A DNA stretch of 63,944 nt, filler included. It is 10 parts of 10 records of this genome, joined end to end, with 100 filler letters (N's around TTAATTAATTAA, not from the genome) between each part and the next. Parts side by side here need not be neighbours in the genome. Positions count along the whole stretch, not along the records: positions 1 to 8,484 come from SRR15195285_1264; positions 8,585 to 17,722 come from SRR15195285_1267; 8 more parts are not named here. One strand, 5' to 3'. The translations under genes and the position numbers were made by a program. The notes beneath the pieces are model-generated. The model was given only the letters and a program-made list of their open reading frames with translations, was not told where the DNA came from and did no database searches. This document shows positions 1-11,600 of the stretch, piece by piece (position 1 is the first letter of the stretch; every line of letters begins with the position of its first letter).

Positions 1-2
1 AC

Positions 3-125
3 GAGGACGAGGACGAGGACGAGGACGATGACGAAGAAGACCAAGAGACGGAGCGCAAAGCCGCGACAATGATGACGGAGGACCAGCAATTGCAGGCGGC
101 TATCAAGGCTTCCATGTCAAAATGA
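3..125 (+). CDS. 3' end of a truncated gene: acidic tract plus C-terminal ubiquitin-interacting motif (UIM)
   Basis: Frame from nt 3 reads EDEDEDEDDDEEDQETERKAATMMTEDQQLQAAIKASMSK* (TGA 123-125). EDQQLQAAIKAS matches the UIM pattern acidic-L-x-x-A-x-x-x-S. Confidence 0.6.
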   Translation, partial: EDEDEDEDDDEEDQETERKAATMMTEDQQLQAAIKASMSK

Positions 126-295
126 TGTATCGTACAGCTTTTTTCTAAACGAGAACTAACGCACGGCATGAAGGCCTTTTGCCCTGCAACACCCTTTATT
201 GCTTTGTGCACCCGACATCATGGGTGCATCATAGTTAGGTGATGAATTCCGTTCGGTGTGGTTGTGAGTTCAGCTACTACGCACTTTTGCCTCAG

Positions 296-1837
296 CTAGC
301 TTAGCAAGCACGGCCAAGTCTCGGGCCCCGCCCCGGCTGCTGCCTTAAGTGCACCGCAGTCCTCTGCTTTCCAACCATGCTCCATCTTGATCTCCAGATC
401 GAGAATGAGCGTGTTCCTAGCCTTCGGGTCGTACTGCGTCCATGTGATTCCTCCGCGACCGCGGCTTGGGGCTGTCACGGCTGGCATGGGTTTGCCCCCA
501 CGTGCAAAGGATCCCCAGTAGTTTTGCATGGCTGCCGTCAGCGCGTGCTCCCTAGCGTTCGTAACACAGCTCGTCGGGGTGCCAAATGACCAGTACAGCT
601 CGGCAGCATGGGACGCCCAGCCCTGGGTGATCGGCGCAGTAGAGATGTTGCGCAGCACCGCCTCATCCTGGCAAACCGGGCCGTACCTGAAGAAGTACAT
701 GAAGCTAGGGCTGCCCACCGCACTGATTAGGCTTGCGAGATCGTAGTTTGGACACACGACCGTACAGTCGCCGGTAGCTTGCACCAATGCGCCATTGCGA
801 GAGCCACCGAAACGTGTGGCTGCGGGATACAGATGTTGAACTGCCGAGCTGTTGTCTGGAAAAGACGTCGCCATGTCCGCGGCAAAGGCGACTGGTCCGA
901 GAGCAGGACCGCCGTCGATGACAAAGGTTTCAATCCCATCGAACGAATTACCGCCTAGCATAACCTGCTCTGCGTTGAGGTTCCCGCCTTGCTCGATCAA
1001 GCGTTGGAAATGCTCAAGCGGCAGCCCCTCGCGATGTGGCAACACCCAGCGATCGACTCCTGGCAGAACCTCCGGTCCTTGCGCGAAGAGGTCGGACGCG
1101 TTGGCTCGACGCAAAGTCTCGAGCGAGCGGCCTGCAGCAAAGGCCTCACTTAGTGCCAGCACCTCGTCTTCGGTGCCCGGCTTCCATGGACCAGTGCACG
1201 GACCAGATTCGAGGATTGCGCGACGAAATAGGCCTTTGGCCCGGGGAGACACCAGCAGCGTGCAAATCGAGAGCGCCCCCGCCGACTGGCCAAACACCGT
1301 GAGCTGCGAAGCGTCGCCGCCGAAGTGAGCGACATGCCGGTGCAGCCATTGCAGAGCAACCACGACATCGTAAATGCCATTCATTGCCCCCGTCGTCGGC
1401 GTGCGAGTGCTGACCGACGTTTCGCGGAGGAGCGCGTCGCTAGAGTAGAAACCGAGCGCCCCTAGGCGGTAGTTCATCGTGACGACCACCACACCCTGCG
1501 AGGCCGCGAGCACGCTTCCGTCGTAGTCGCGCCCTGCGCCGAAGGAATAGCCACCACCATGCACCCACAGCATTACTGGTAGCAGTTTCTCCCCAGCTCG
1601 AGCTGGCGTCCAGATGTTCAGGAACAAACAATCCTCGCCGATTTTGCCCACGCGCCCCGCCTGAATGCAGTCGTGGCCGAAAGAGGTGTACGAAGCGCCG
1701 GGTTCCAACGGCGCCTCCACTGCGGGCATGAAGCGCCGCCCACCGGTGGGTGGCAGCGCGTACCGTACACCCTTGTAAGACTCCACGGCGGTCAACGTGC
1801 TAGGCAGCACGAGCAGCGCCGTTACCATCAAGACCAT
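296..1837 (-). CDS. Type-B carboxylesterase (COesterase family), probably secreted, intronless
   Basis: EDCLFLNIWTP signature, HGGG oxyanion loop, nucleophile FGQSAG, catalytic His in ASHAAEL. Hydrophobic start MVLMVTALLVL at the ATG ending at 1837. Confidence 0.92.
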   Translation of the reverse strand: MVLMVTALLVLPSTLTAVESYKGVRYALPPTGGRRFMPAVEAPLEPGASYTSFGHDCIQAGRVGKIGEDCLFLNIWTPARAGEKLLPVMLWVHGGGYSFGAGRDYDGSVLAASQGVVVVTMNYRLGALGFYSSDALLRETSVSTRTPTTGAMNGIYDVVVALQWLHRHVAHFGGDASQLTVFGQSAGALSICTLLVSPRAKGLFRRAILESGPCTGPWKPGTEDEVLALSEAFAAGRSLETLRRANASDLFAQGPEVLPGVDRWVLPHREGLPLEHFQRLIEQGGNLNAEQVMLGGNSFDGIETFVIDGGPALGPVAFAADMATSFPDNSSAVQHLYPAATRFGGSRNGALVQATGDCTVVCPNYDLASLISAVGSPSFMYFFRYGPVCQDEAVLRNISTAPITQGWASHAAELYWSFGTPTSCVTNAREHALTAAMQNYWGSFARGGKPMPAVTAPSRGRGGITWTQYDPKARNTLILDLEIKMEHGWKAEDCGALKAAAGAGPETWPCLLS

Positions 1838-2156
1838 ATCTCTCGCGCGCGGACCTCTATCTACTAGCGTACCGCGGTACAGTAGGATACTAGCTAGTAT
1901 ATACCGGCCCGGCGCCGCGGTAGAGGCGCGCTCGCCGGCCGCGCCGGCGGAGCCGCCGCCGCCGGGGGTCGTCGCATGCACGCGCGCGTGCGCCGGTGTA
2001 CCGCACACGCGTACGTAGCTAGCTAGCTACGTACCGTGAGAATCCGCCCGGGACCTGGTTTGGTCGCTCGACCCGCCGGCGATATCTTCGGCGATATCTT
2101 CGTTTGTGTGAAGCTGTGCGCACACACCACGCTACAGCAATACTGGGCATTCGGGG

Positions 2157-3839
2157 ATGTGGTGGAGCAAGCAGCAAGAGACAGCCGAGCTCAGCGGAGA
2201 GTTCTCCGGCGAGCTACGGCGCACTGATCGACGCACGGCTGACGCTGCGGCATCGCCCATTGCTATGGCACCCACAGAGTGAGAAATCTTCCGGTGTTGT
2301 GCTTACAGCGATGCGACAGCCGGCCAGACCGTGCGATGCGGTTTCTCCGTCGCCTGGCTTGCGCAGCAGTGTGAGTGTGTGGTGGCTTGCGTGCGCAGTC
2401 GATTCCTGCTGGACATGAATGGCTACCTGCACTTGCGTGGTGTCCTCACTGGTAGCCATCTCGCTACTGCACGGGCCGCTGTGGTAAGCTCTATGTACCC
2501 CATATCGCAGTAGTCTACTGCGTCTGCCCTGCCCTGCAGTAGTTTGATTCGACAAGGTCTGTGTGACCTTGGTGGGTTGTGACTATCATCAGGTGCGGTA
2601 CGCGGAGGCGGACCCTAGCGAGCTCCACCCGCCTTTCGACCAAATCCGACGAGACAATGACGCGACTGTGTACGCTAGCTCCACCAAGTTTTCATTGGCA
2701 TCTGATTAGCTTTGCCATGGAACGATGTACTCAAGGCTTTGAATTCATATTGGAGCAGGTACCCATCGGATGCGGTTAACATCGCGAGCCACCTTCCACA
2801 CGCGTTTGCGTTTGACAAAAGCTTGGAGAGCATCATTTTCCACGAGCGCATCTGGCCCATAGTGATGGAGCTCACGGACGGTAAGCCTCGGCTGGGCGGC
2901 GGTGTGCTGCTCTGCGAAGATCACAGGCCAGGTGGAGCGGGCGAACGCCCCGTCCATTTGCACTGCGCGCGCGAGGACGGTGGACCACGCCGTGGCCTGT
3001 TTTCCGTATCGAACGGCCGGATCCACTGCGATCACTTTCTAGTATTTCCCTGTGCGTGTGCCTCCGCACTGCAAACTACAGGCTTCGCAAGCTAACCACA
3101 ATCGCAATACTGACCGCACGTATCAATGTCACAGACTTCGATGATGTAAATGAAGGCGACGGTGGTCTTGTGGTTCTGCCCGGTAGTCGTACGTTCTCTT
3201 TTCGTGCACCGCTGCGCAATCTTGCACAAGACCTTGCTCGTGCAATCTCAACGTGTCATCTGCCTTTGCTGTGTCGGGTCGGACGATGGGCTGGCATGTG
3301 CAGATAAGAGTTTGTTTGAACGTCCGCCGGAACTGTACGGAGCATTTGGCGAAGCAGCACGACGCGCGACACGAGAAGACCAGTACCCTGAAACAGGTCG
3401 ATTCGGAGAGTATACTGGGGCGAGATGGCGAGAAGTTTTCGACTATAACGGTGTTTTGCCGGAAGAGTCCGTAGACCACGGCATGAAGAACATCTGCCCC
3501 AGAGCGGGTGACGTGTTAATAATGCCCGAGGCCCTGACCCACGGCGTGCTGCCGTGGCTGCCCACCGACCGTGCGAGATACGCGATGTTGATGACCATAA
3601 CCCCAAGCGATCGCGGTAAGCATTCAACGCATGCGCTGGTACTGTGGACGCCGGCACACAATCATCTCACCAGCTTCACCATCGCTGACTAAATGCACGG
3701 GGCAGGGAATGGCGCTGGTCGACCAAACAACTCCTCAGTCCCACCGGAGATCTTTGAGGTGCTCTCGCCAGAGACACAGGAGCTGACCCAATTCGGTGAA
3801 GGCGTGAAGCAGGTCGCACATTCTGCATCAAAGCTTTAG
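2157..3839 (+). CDS. Phytanoyl-CoA dioxygenase (PhyH)-family Fe(II)/2-oxoglutarate oxygenase, multi-exon, with C-terminal SKL peroxisomal signal
   Basis: Spliced model gives RFLLDMNGYLHLRGVL, VHLHCARED, DDVNEGDGGLVVLPGSHK, AGDVLIMPEALTHGVLPW..DRAR. Last intron 3616-3705 is phase-consistent and the last exon ends ASKL*. Start codon is uncertain. Confidence 0.8.
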
Positions 3840-4872
3840 GTAACTCAGGGTTGTAACTCAGGGTTGTTGGAATTGTGGTTATCGCGCATCATTCATAGAG
3901 ACTGCATTATTCGTTCACGCAGCAGTCTGGTCAACGAATGGGAGACTGATCAACGAATGGGATGCAGTGCAGATCTACTAGAATGGGATGAGCCAGCTGA
4001 TCCACCTAGGCTGTTCGACCGGCTCGTTGCTTGTACAATCATGTATGCGCTTCTCGAGGTATAATTATAGCTTCTGCAACCTCTGCCGCTATAGGTGCCC
4101 GTCACGTGCGAAGTGTGCCGTTGCACACAGTGCTAACTATGTTGCTCTTTTTGTACCCACCCACTCCTGCTCTTCTTCTGCCAGCATCTTGCGCATATTC
4201 GCGAGCCATCGCTGCGCCTCACGCGCTTCGCATCCAACATGCGAATACTAGTAACTCACGCTGGCGACCGACGATTCCCAGGCGGCGGCCGGCCGGCGTG
4301 CGCGGGCCTATTGATCAGAATCAGAACCAGAATCAGATACATTATCATGTAAAGCATTTCAAAAACAAATGGAATTGTCATTGTCATTGATACATTACAA
4401 AAAAATACACCAGATCTAGTATCGCTGTTCGGGTGCCTGCGCATGGGTGTGTGCGTGTGCGCAACGGCGCACACGTGAAGAGAGATTAAGGCAAATCCTA
4501 CTTCCCTTAAACGGACCCACACGCGGTGAGTTCAACACACAGAATCCTAGGGGATTAATGTAGTGTAAAATACAATCTACCTATGAGCTATGATCTAACT
4601 ACACGTGTAAGAGAATCCAAGCCGATTCTCTACATCATCAGATGCTGAAATCGACATCCAATGCTAGTTCTCACACCCTCGAGTGGCGCAGACCGAACTC
4701 CCCGAATTCCTCGAGCCCTGGCCCCGCCGAGTAGCTCTTGGGGATGGTGGGAGAGAGCTAGTTTGCTACAATGTGGTGAGTCCAAGGTGTCGGAGGCAAA
4801 AAGTACTACAGTGGATCTCGCCGCAACTACTAGTATATGACGCATAAACAGCCGCTCACACAGTACTCGATT

Positions 4873-7800
4873 TTATACCTGTCGAAAAGTCAGATTCACT
4901 CGCACATTCCCCCGTGGGGCAGCAGGAGGAGGTCCCTCCGCATCCCAATGATCATCATTGCCACTGTCTGTTGTCACTTTCACGTTGGGAGGAATGCTAC
5001 CAGGGAGCACTTCGTGCTCCCACATCCGCGGGAAAATCACTAGATCACCGTGGTGGAGCGGTTCGTCAAATGCCAGACCGCCCTCTGGGTGGATCACACG
5101 AAAACGTCGTGCCGCACCAAATGACAGCGACGCCACCTCGTCGCATGTGAAAATCGCCTCGTCATCTCTGCAGCAACACCAGCAGCAAGTCAGAAAGCAT
5201 ATGTGTTGCTATTTTTCGGTATGAGTCGCCTCGTCTCTTCAGTACGAATTCGTCGTCCGACTGAGAAAACCAACAGACGGCTTATCCAGTGGAAAAGACG
5301 TACCGATGGCGTGCCAGCGCAGAGTTGTCGTCGTCGTAAACGTTGACGTTCACAGCGTTGAAGGCAGTGCCCGCCACACGCGAGGCAGAGGCCATCGCTT
5401 CCACCAAGAGCGGTGGGAGTGGGAGGGGTTCAAACGAATGTCCCGCGTAACGGTACCTGATGTGCTCGCACATCATGCCGTCATCAGTTGCGAGTAGTGG
5501 CGGTCAGCAAGTCACTATTAGTCATTCTGTGGTGAAAGCTGTAGGGCAATGGAAACCTAGCCTGCTGTGTGGACGAGCGCGACAACTGCGTGGCGTACGG
5601 AGTATCAATATCATCGCCCAGCCACGCGACTTTACGGTGAGAATGGCCTGCGTTGCCCCCCTGCCCCATTGTGTAGGCACGTGGAGCATCGCCCAAGGCC
5701 TCTAACATAGCCATGATAGATATTTCAGCACTGAAGGCAGGGATATGCTTCACTTCCGGCACATCTGGACGGACAACGAGACATACACAGCCAGAGTAAT
5801 TCAGAAGGGTCCAAAAATGAAGCCCGGCACGCTCGAGTGGCAAACAGTTATGACTGGCCGCTGTTCATCCGCTCCGACTCACCAATCCGCGTTGAAATCG
5901 ATGACAGAGCAGTAGTCATTCGGGGTGCAACCAGCTCACGGAGCTCGCTTAGAAAGTTGTCAAACTCAGATTGGAGCGCAGGAGACGCAACTGCCGAGTC
6001 AATGGCAGAACGTATTGCCACTTCCGGCTCATTCAATGTTGATACTCCAGACCGTTTCGCACTGCAAAACAAAACCACATCGAAGCGCACTCTCAAGGGA
6101 GGCGGTCAAAGCGATGCTAGGTCCGGACGACAATCGATTGTATGCGTTCTATTCCAGTATGAGGGAAAGACCACAGCAGTGGACGGTCTTACCCGAAGCC
6201 ATCGACAGTTGCGGCGAAGGCCTTGTCCTTAAAGCAGCACTCTGCAAGCACGAGGTTGCCGGGCGGTGCGAGTGGAATCTCAACACCACCACTCTTCGAA
6301 AAGGCTAGTGCGATGTAGTCTCGAGAAACCAGGCCACCTGTGGACAATGACAAGTGCGTAGTCCAGTCGGAATGCATTTTCATCACTGTGGCAACGATTG
6401 GCTAAGTTAGTTTGAGATACCTGCGACTGCCAGGACTAGACCCATCATCTTCAGGATCTGATGGTACAAAAACGATCGGCCTGTAATGGTCAGCACCGCA
6501 AAATCTCCCAAACCACTGGCCTTCGCGTGGAAACCCGCGGTCATTCCCGAACGGCATCGATAGACAGAGCGCACAGACTTGCCTGTTGTGCACACCACAC
6601 CACATTCTGAAAGAATCAACGATGGGAAGTGAGAATGCCAAAACGGATCGCCAATTAAAGTAAGACGAGCTGCAAACTTGACTTACCGTCGCTGCTATCG
6701 TGGAAGTGTGGACAAAAGTTGTGAAAACTACGTGTTCCGGTCAGCAACCGCAGGGCGTCACGCAGCCGCTGGTGGGCAGCACGGCGCACTACGGCGTCAC
6801 TCTCTAGCAGTGCCATCAAGCCTTTGGGTTCGGCACCTGGAAATCCAACCTGGTCCGCATCATTTGTGTAGCCTTAGTGCAACCAGCCGTAGCGGAGACA
6901 AGCACCGTTAACAAGGCGTATGCAGCACAAGAGCAAAGGTGCAGAGAAGAAGGACACACCGCCCCATCGATCGCTGCAGCCATACGTTCGGCGTCCGCAA
7001 GGCTATTCATATGCAGTATCGCGGATCCAGGGTGTTCCGACAAGACTACCTTATCCAGAGGCGCTTCGCCGCCATCTTGTGCAGCGTCGGCCCAGCATGC
7101 TGCAGCGAAGTCTCGCAACACACTGGCATCACAGATGTCCGGCAGCCCGCAGACCCACACACAAGTCTCCTTGGTGCTGGCACCCGCACGTTGCTCTTCG
7201 GGCGTAACCAGTGCCCGGTAGGGCACGTAGTAGCGGTACTCCCGCTTCTGGCATGCCCGTCGCATGTCTATATCAGGCTGCTTCGCCACATCAAAACGCT
7301 GCAGGACCGTTATAGTCGGAGGAAGCTCCGCACGGACTGCTTGCAGCCATGACTGACCTTCCAGAGGCGCGGGTGCAGCTGAACCCTTCTCAAAGTCTGT
7401 CGCAATCTTGACGTGGAGCACGTTTGCTAGCGCGTGTACGCCGCGATCGGTCCGGCTGCTTCGGGAGTGCACCTCAGCAGTGGCCGCTTTAGCAGCCTTG
7501 TGCCGCATGCTTGCAGCTTGGATCGCTGCGAGGAGCGTGCCCTCCAGGGTCGGGCAGCGCTCCTCATCCTCCTGCGCGTTGCGCTGCGAGCCGAAATATT
7601 CCGTCCCGACGTAACCATAGAGTACGACGTAGCGCTCAACTCGCTGCACCTGCTCACCCCCGCAGCCAGTGGCACGAATGTGACGAAACATCGCATTGCG
7701 AGAAGCAAACGGCGCCCCACACCCACCGCACTTCACGGCACCGCCGCAAGGGGTCGCTTTGCCTAGCGGCTTGCCCTTCCGATTGAGCGGGCCGGTTTCT

Positions 7801-8068
7801 CCGGCCGCTCGAGCCGCAGCGGCAGCCTGTGCTCTCTTCCTCTCCTGCTTAGAAGCCTTCTTCGACGGCTTCTTCTGCGTCGGGTGCTGCTGCGCCTCGG
7901 GCTCCGGCTCCGGCTCCGGCTGACCTGCACCAGCTGTCGTACTCAGCGCCGCATCCGGGTTATGCACCCCGCGCTCAGCGGCCTCTCCATCGCCCGAGGC
8001 CACCTCCGCATCCGCCTGCAGCAGCACCGGAACCACAAATACACCCGACTCACATGCGCAACGGCCAT
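4873..8068 (-). CDS. TruA/PUS1-family pseudouridine synthase with zinc finger and RRM insert, spliced to a C-terminal ALKBH2/3-like dioxygenase
   Basis: PUS motifs: YGYVGTEYFGSQ, SRTDRGVHA, REYRYYVP, GTRSFHNF, ITGRSFLYHQILKMMG, IPLAPPGNLVL. AlkB motifs: RKVAWLGD..PYRYAG, FNAVNVNVYDD, ARHRDDE, VASLSFGAARRF, WEHEV, RVNLTFRQ. Phase-consistent introns at 6850-6959, ~6607-6686, 6338-6420, 6062-6192, 5765-5882, 5457-5598, 5168-5303. The 5' end may extend to an ATG near 8227. Confidence 0.75.
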
Positions 8069-8484
8069 GCGCGCAATAACGTAGTGCTACTGACGAAATG
8101 ATAGACGGACCCGCAGTGTTTTGTCTTCGGAGTTGTTCGCCGTGCAGGCGAATCGGCAGCTATTGGTCAGCGCGAGGGCGAGCACGGCGCTGCCCAGCGC
8201 CGCCACTGTGGTCGCACTACGCTCCATACAAGTATAGATCTCTCTACTAGTAGGTCCAAGAGAGATCTAGATCTAGATCTCTAAGATACCAGTACAGCTG
8301 CACAGCGCAGCAGCAGGTGCAGGACGCGCTCGCTGTGCTCTACGTAGCCTACGAGCCGTGCTGGTAGCGAACTCTATCTCTCTACGGGGCGCCGTCGCGG
8401 GCGGCGACGGAGGTACGCGCGCGCGCGAGCCGGCCGCACAGCATGCATTATTGCTTGAGGTGGGAATCTCGGAGGATTTGAGGA

Positions 8485-8584
8485 NNNNNNNNNNNNNNNN
8501 NNNNNNNNNNNNNNNNNNNNNNNNNNNNTTAATTAATTAANNNNNNNNNNNNNNNNNNNNNNNNNNNNNNNNNNNNNNNNNNNN
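8485..8584. other. Artificial contig spacer (44 N + TTAATTAATTAA + 44 N)
   Basis: Identical 100-nt six-frame-stop linker recurring nine times in the window. Confidence 0.99.
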
Positions 8585-8685
8585 CGGAATTTTTGACGCG
8601 AGTCCGACTCATCGCGCCGGCGATCGAATTAGCCATGCCACCCTGGTGCCGTTATCGTTCCCCAAGATCGCCGGACGTGCCCCCT

Positions 8686-11600
8686 ATGGCCGCCATAGCG
8701 TTTGTGGTACACGCGTACATCTTGTGTGGTACCACCAGCGTGACTGCTGAGTCCACAGCGCTCGACCGGCGAACAGCGCGGGTGACGATGATCGGTACGC
8801 TGTGCGGAGGGGCATGCGCTGACCACATGGTCCTGGACCGCACAAACGCGACGGTGTGGGGAGTCGGGGCGATGGTTGGCGCAAAGATTCGCGTGTCGCT
8901 CGAAAGTTCGTCGCATGTGAGCGTCGGGGAGACAAGCGCGTGGGAGGTCGTCGTCAGCAGCGATGGATCGTGGGCGGTCAGCCTTGGCATCCAGAATGCT
9001 AGCACAGGGTCAACGCTCAAATTTTCAGGGAGTGACAACAGTACGGCCAGTTTGGTAGACGTCGCCTTTGGCGACGTGTATCTGTGCAGCGGGCAGAGCA
9101 ATATGTGGTTCCCCCTGAACGACATTGGCAACGGCACCGCGGTCGTCATTGAGGGCGAGACCCTGCACGACATCCGAGTCATGAACGTGAATCACCTGTC
9201 CGCTCCACAGGGCCCACAGTCGACCTTGAAATGGGGCCGCTCGTGGGACGGCACTGGGACATGTCCCCACCCAAACAGCTGCAGCCCTGCAGGCTGGTCC
9301 TCAATGACGAGCAAGCTTGCAGCGAGCTTCTCTGCTGTCTGTTTCCTCACTGGCCGCGATGTCTACCGTGGGCTGGGCGGCAAGGTCCCGATAGGTCTTG
9401 TCGAGGCAGCCTGGGGTGGGACTCGGATTGAATCGTGGACCTCACCTGACGGCCTGGCGAAATGCAGCGGCGACGGAACCGCCAAGTGCGGTCTGTGCTG
9501 CACAGACTCAACTAGCAACAGTGGTGGCTGGTGCAAGACACAACAGCCAAAAGGCTCTAGAGCATGTGCACGGATGAACTCCACAAACTCTGGGAATCTT
9601 TGCTCAGCAGCCTTCAACGGTATGTTGGCTCCGCTTCTACCAATGCGCCTAAAAGCAATGCTCTGGTGCGACACCAACGCATTCCTCATTTGTATAATTA
9701 TGAGCGCTCTGAAACACGGTAGATGAGTTGCATCCTAACATCTACACTTGCCTTGCTTCTGACTCGTGTGCAGGTACCAGGTGAGACTCCATCGGGACAG
9801 ATGAGTCCACAGTGGCATTTCGAGTTGAGATTATTGCGCTCTGTTTGCGTCTCGTGCTGTGTGCGTGTAATCAGGGAGAGTCAAATACGGACACCTTCCA
9901 GGGTACCCTCGCCGGCCCGGCCAACTACGCATGTCGAATGCGTGCAGCAGTGCAGGACTGGCGTGAGAAGTTCAAGTCACCAATGCTTCCCTTCTTCAAC
10001 ATCGAGCTTGCTGCATGCAGCAACTACCCGGACCATGCAGACAACGCAATTACGTGGGCTTCGATTCGACAGGCGTCGCGGTCGTTTCTTTCTCTTCCTG
10101 GCACGACCGGCTTTGTCACCACCATTGACCTTGGGATGGCGAATGGGGCTGTGCACTCAACTGTGAAGCAGCCAGATGGGCGGCGACTTGCGCTACAGGT
10201 GCTTCGCGAGGTTTATGGCGATCCGGTAACTGCTGTCGGGCCTTCTCTCACTTATCATAAGCCTCCGAACGGCACGGACGACACAAAGCATATGCTCGTA
10301 TTGGGCGTGTCACTTCTGTGCTGGGGCTGCTGGCCGACGCTGCGTCAGCTTTGCGGTGCACCGATCGCGGCATTTGCCACGCTGAACATTTGTAGCCAGT
10401 GCGCCACAAGCTTCGTGTATCTGTTTGCGCTCAGCACTGCTGGGACGATACCAAAGATCCACAAGGTACTGCACGATCCAACTTCGCGAGAGTTGTGTGT
10501 GTTTCTTGGTGAGACAACGCGAACTGCATATAGCGTGGCACTGAAGTAGATTGTGTTTCTCAACAAGCAGAGCTCCGTTGTTGTGGAAACTATTGAGTCG
10601 AGTAGCAAAACCAGATTATCAGGATTAAGGGTTTATGCTTGGGACAGGTGGGTTTCTTCTTGGTCATGCGGATCAGCTCAGTGCTACTGCGATGAGCATG
10701 CTCTCCGCTGCCATTGCCTACCCACTGTGCGCAGTCCAACTGAAGCAGCAGCAAAGCACAATCATGACCTTGTTCTAATATCTATCGTCCTGTGTTGTAT
10801 GCTCTGTATCAAACCATTTGCGTTAGCTATGCTGGGCTTGGGTTGATCATCGCACAGACTCTCAACTACGTGCAGACTGGTTCCGCTGCACCAGTCATGC
10901 TTTTCTGTGGCCTTGGTCTTGTGGGTCTCGGCCTTGCATTCCTTACGCTGACGCAATATGCCAAGGGTCAGCAGCATACGCCACAAAGCGACCCAAGGCG
11001 TCGAGGCGGAACCGACTCAGCCGACGATCGGCAAGCCAGCTTACCAACCGCGCCACTACTTGAAGGCATGCATGTGCAACAAGATTACCATCCCCTTCGA
11101 CAAAGTGGCGTCAAAGCGGGGCTGTCGACTCGCGGTGCCATGCTTGTGTGCGTGGTTGCTGGTATTGCCGGTGCAGGATGGTCGCCACTCTCCACGTATG
11201 CAAGGTCTGGTCAGCAAGGAACCTTCGCTGAGGTTGACCCTGTTCACGACGCAACAATCTGCCTCGTCGTGTTTCAAATTGGTCAGCTCTGTGCGCTACC
11301 TTCGATTGCAAATATCGGTGGGTGGCTCACAGGGACTGGCGTGGTTGCACCTATTCGCAACCTAAACTTAGGCAGTGCAGCATTTGGTATCCTATGTGGT
11401 ATATTTGTAAGCACAGGATACATGGCTTATTTTACTTCATCGGTAAGAGAACCAGCGATCCACATCTAGCAAATTCACTCAGGCAAGTATTTCAGTCCTG
11501 GCTACAGTATGACCACACTGACAAAGTTCTGCAAATGGATCAGGCATATATCTCACCAACCGTTGCGTTTGGCATTACGGCCTGCAATCCTGTCTTAGCG

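Noticed and set aside
3835-3866. Telomere-like repeat (TTAGGGTAACTCAGGGTT...)
   Set aside because: Only two copies of a 13-mer at a stop codon; a local duplication.
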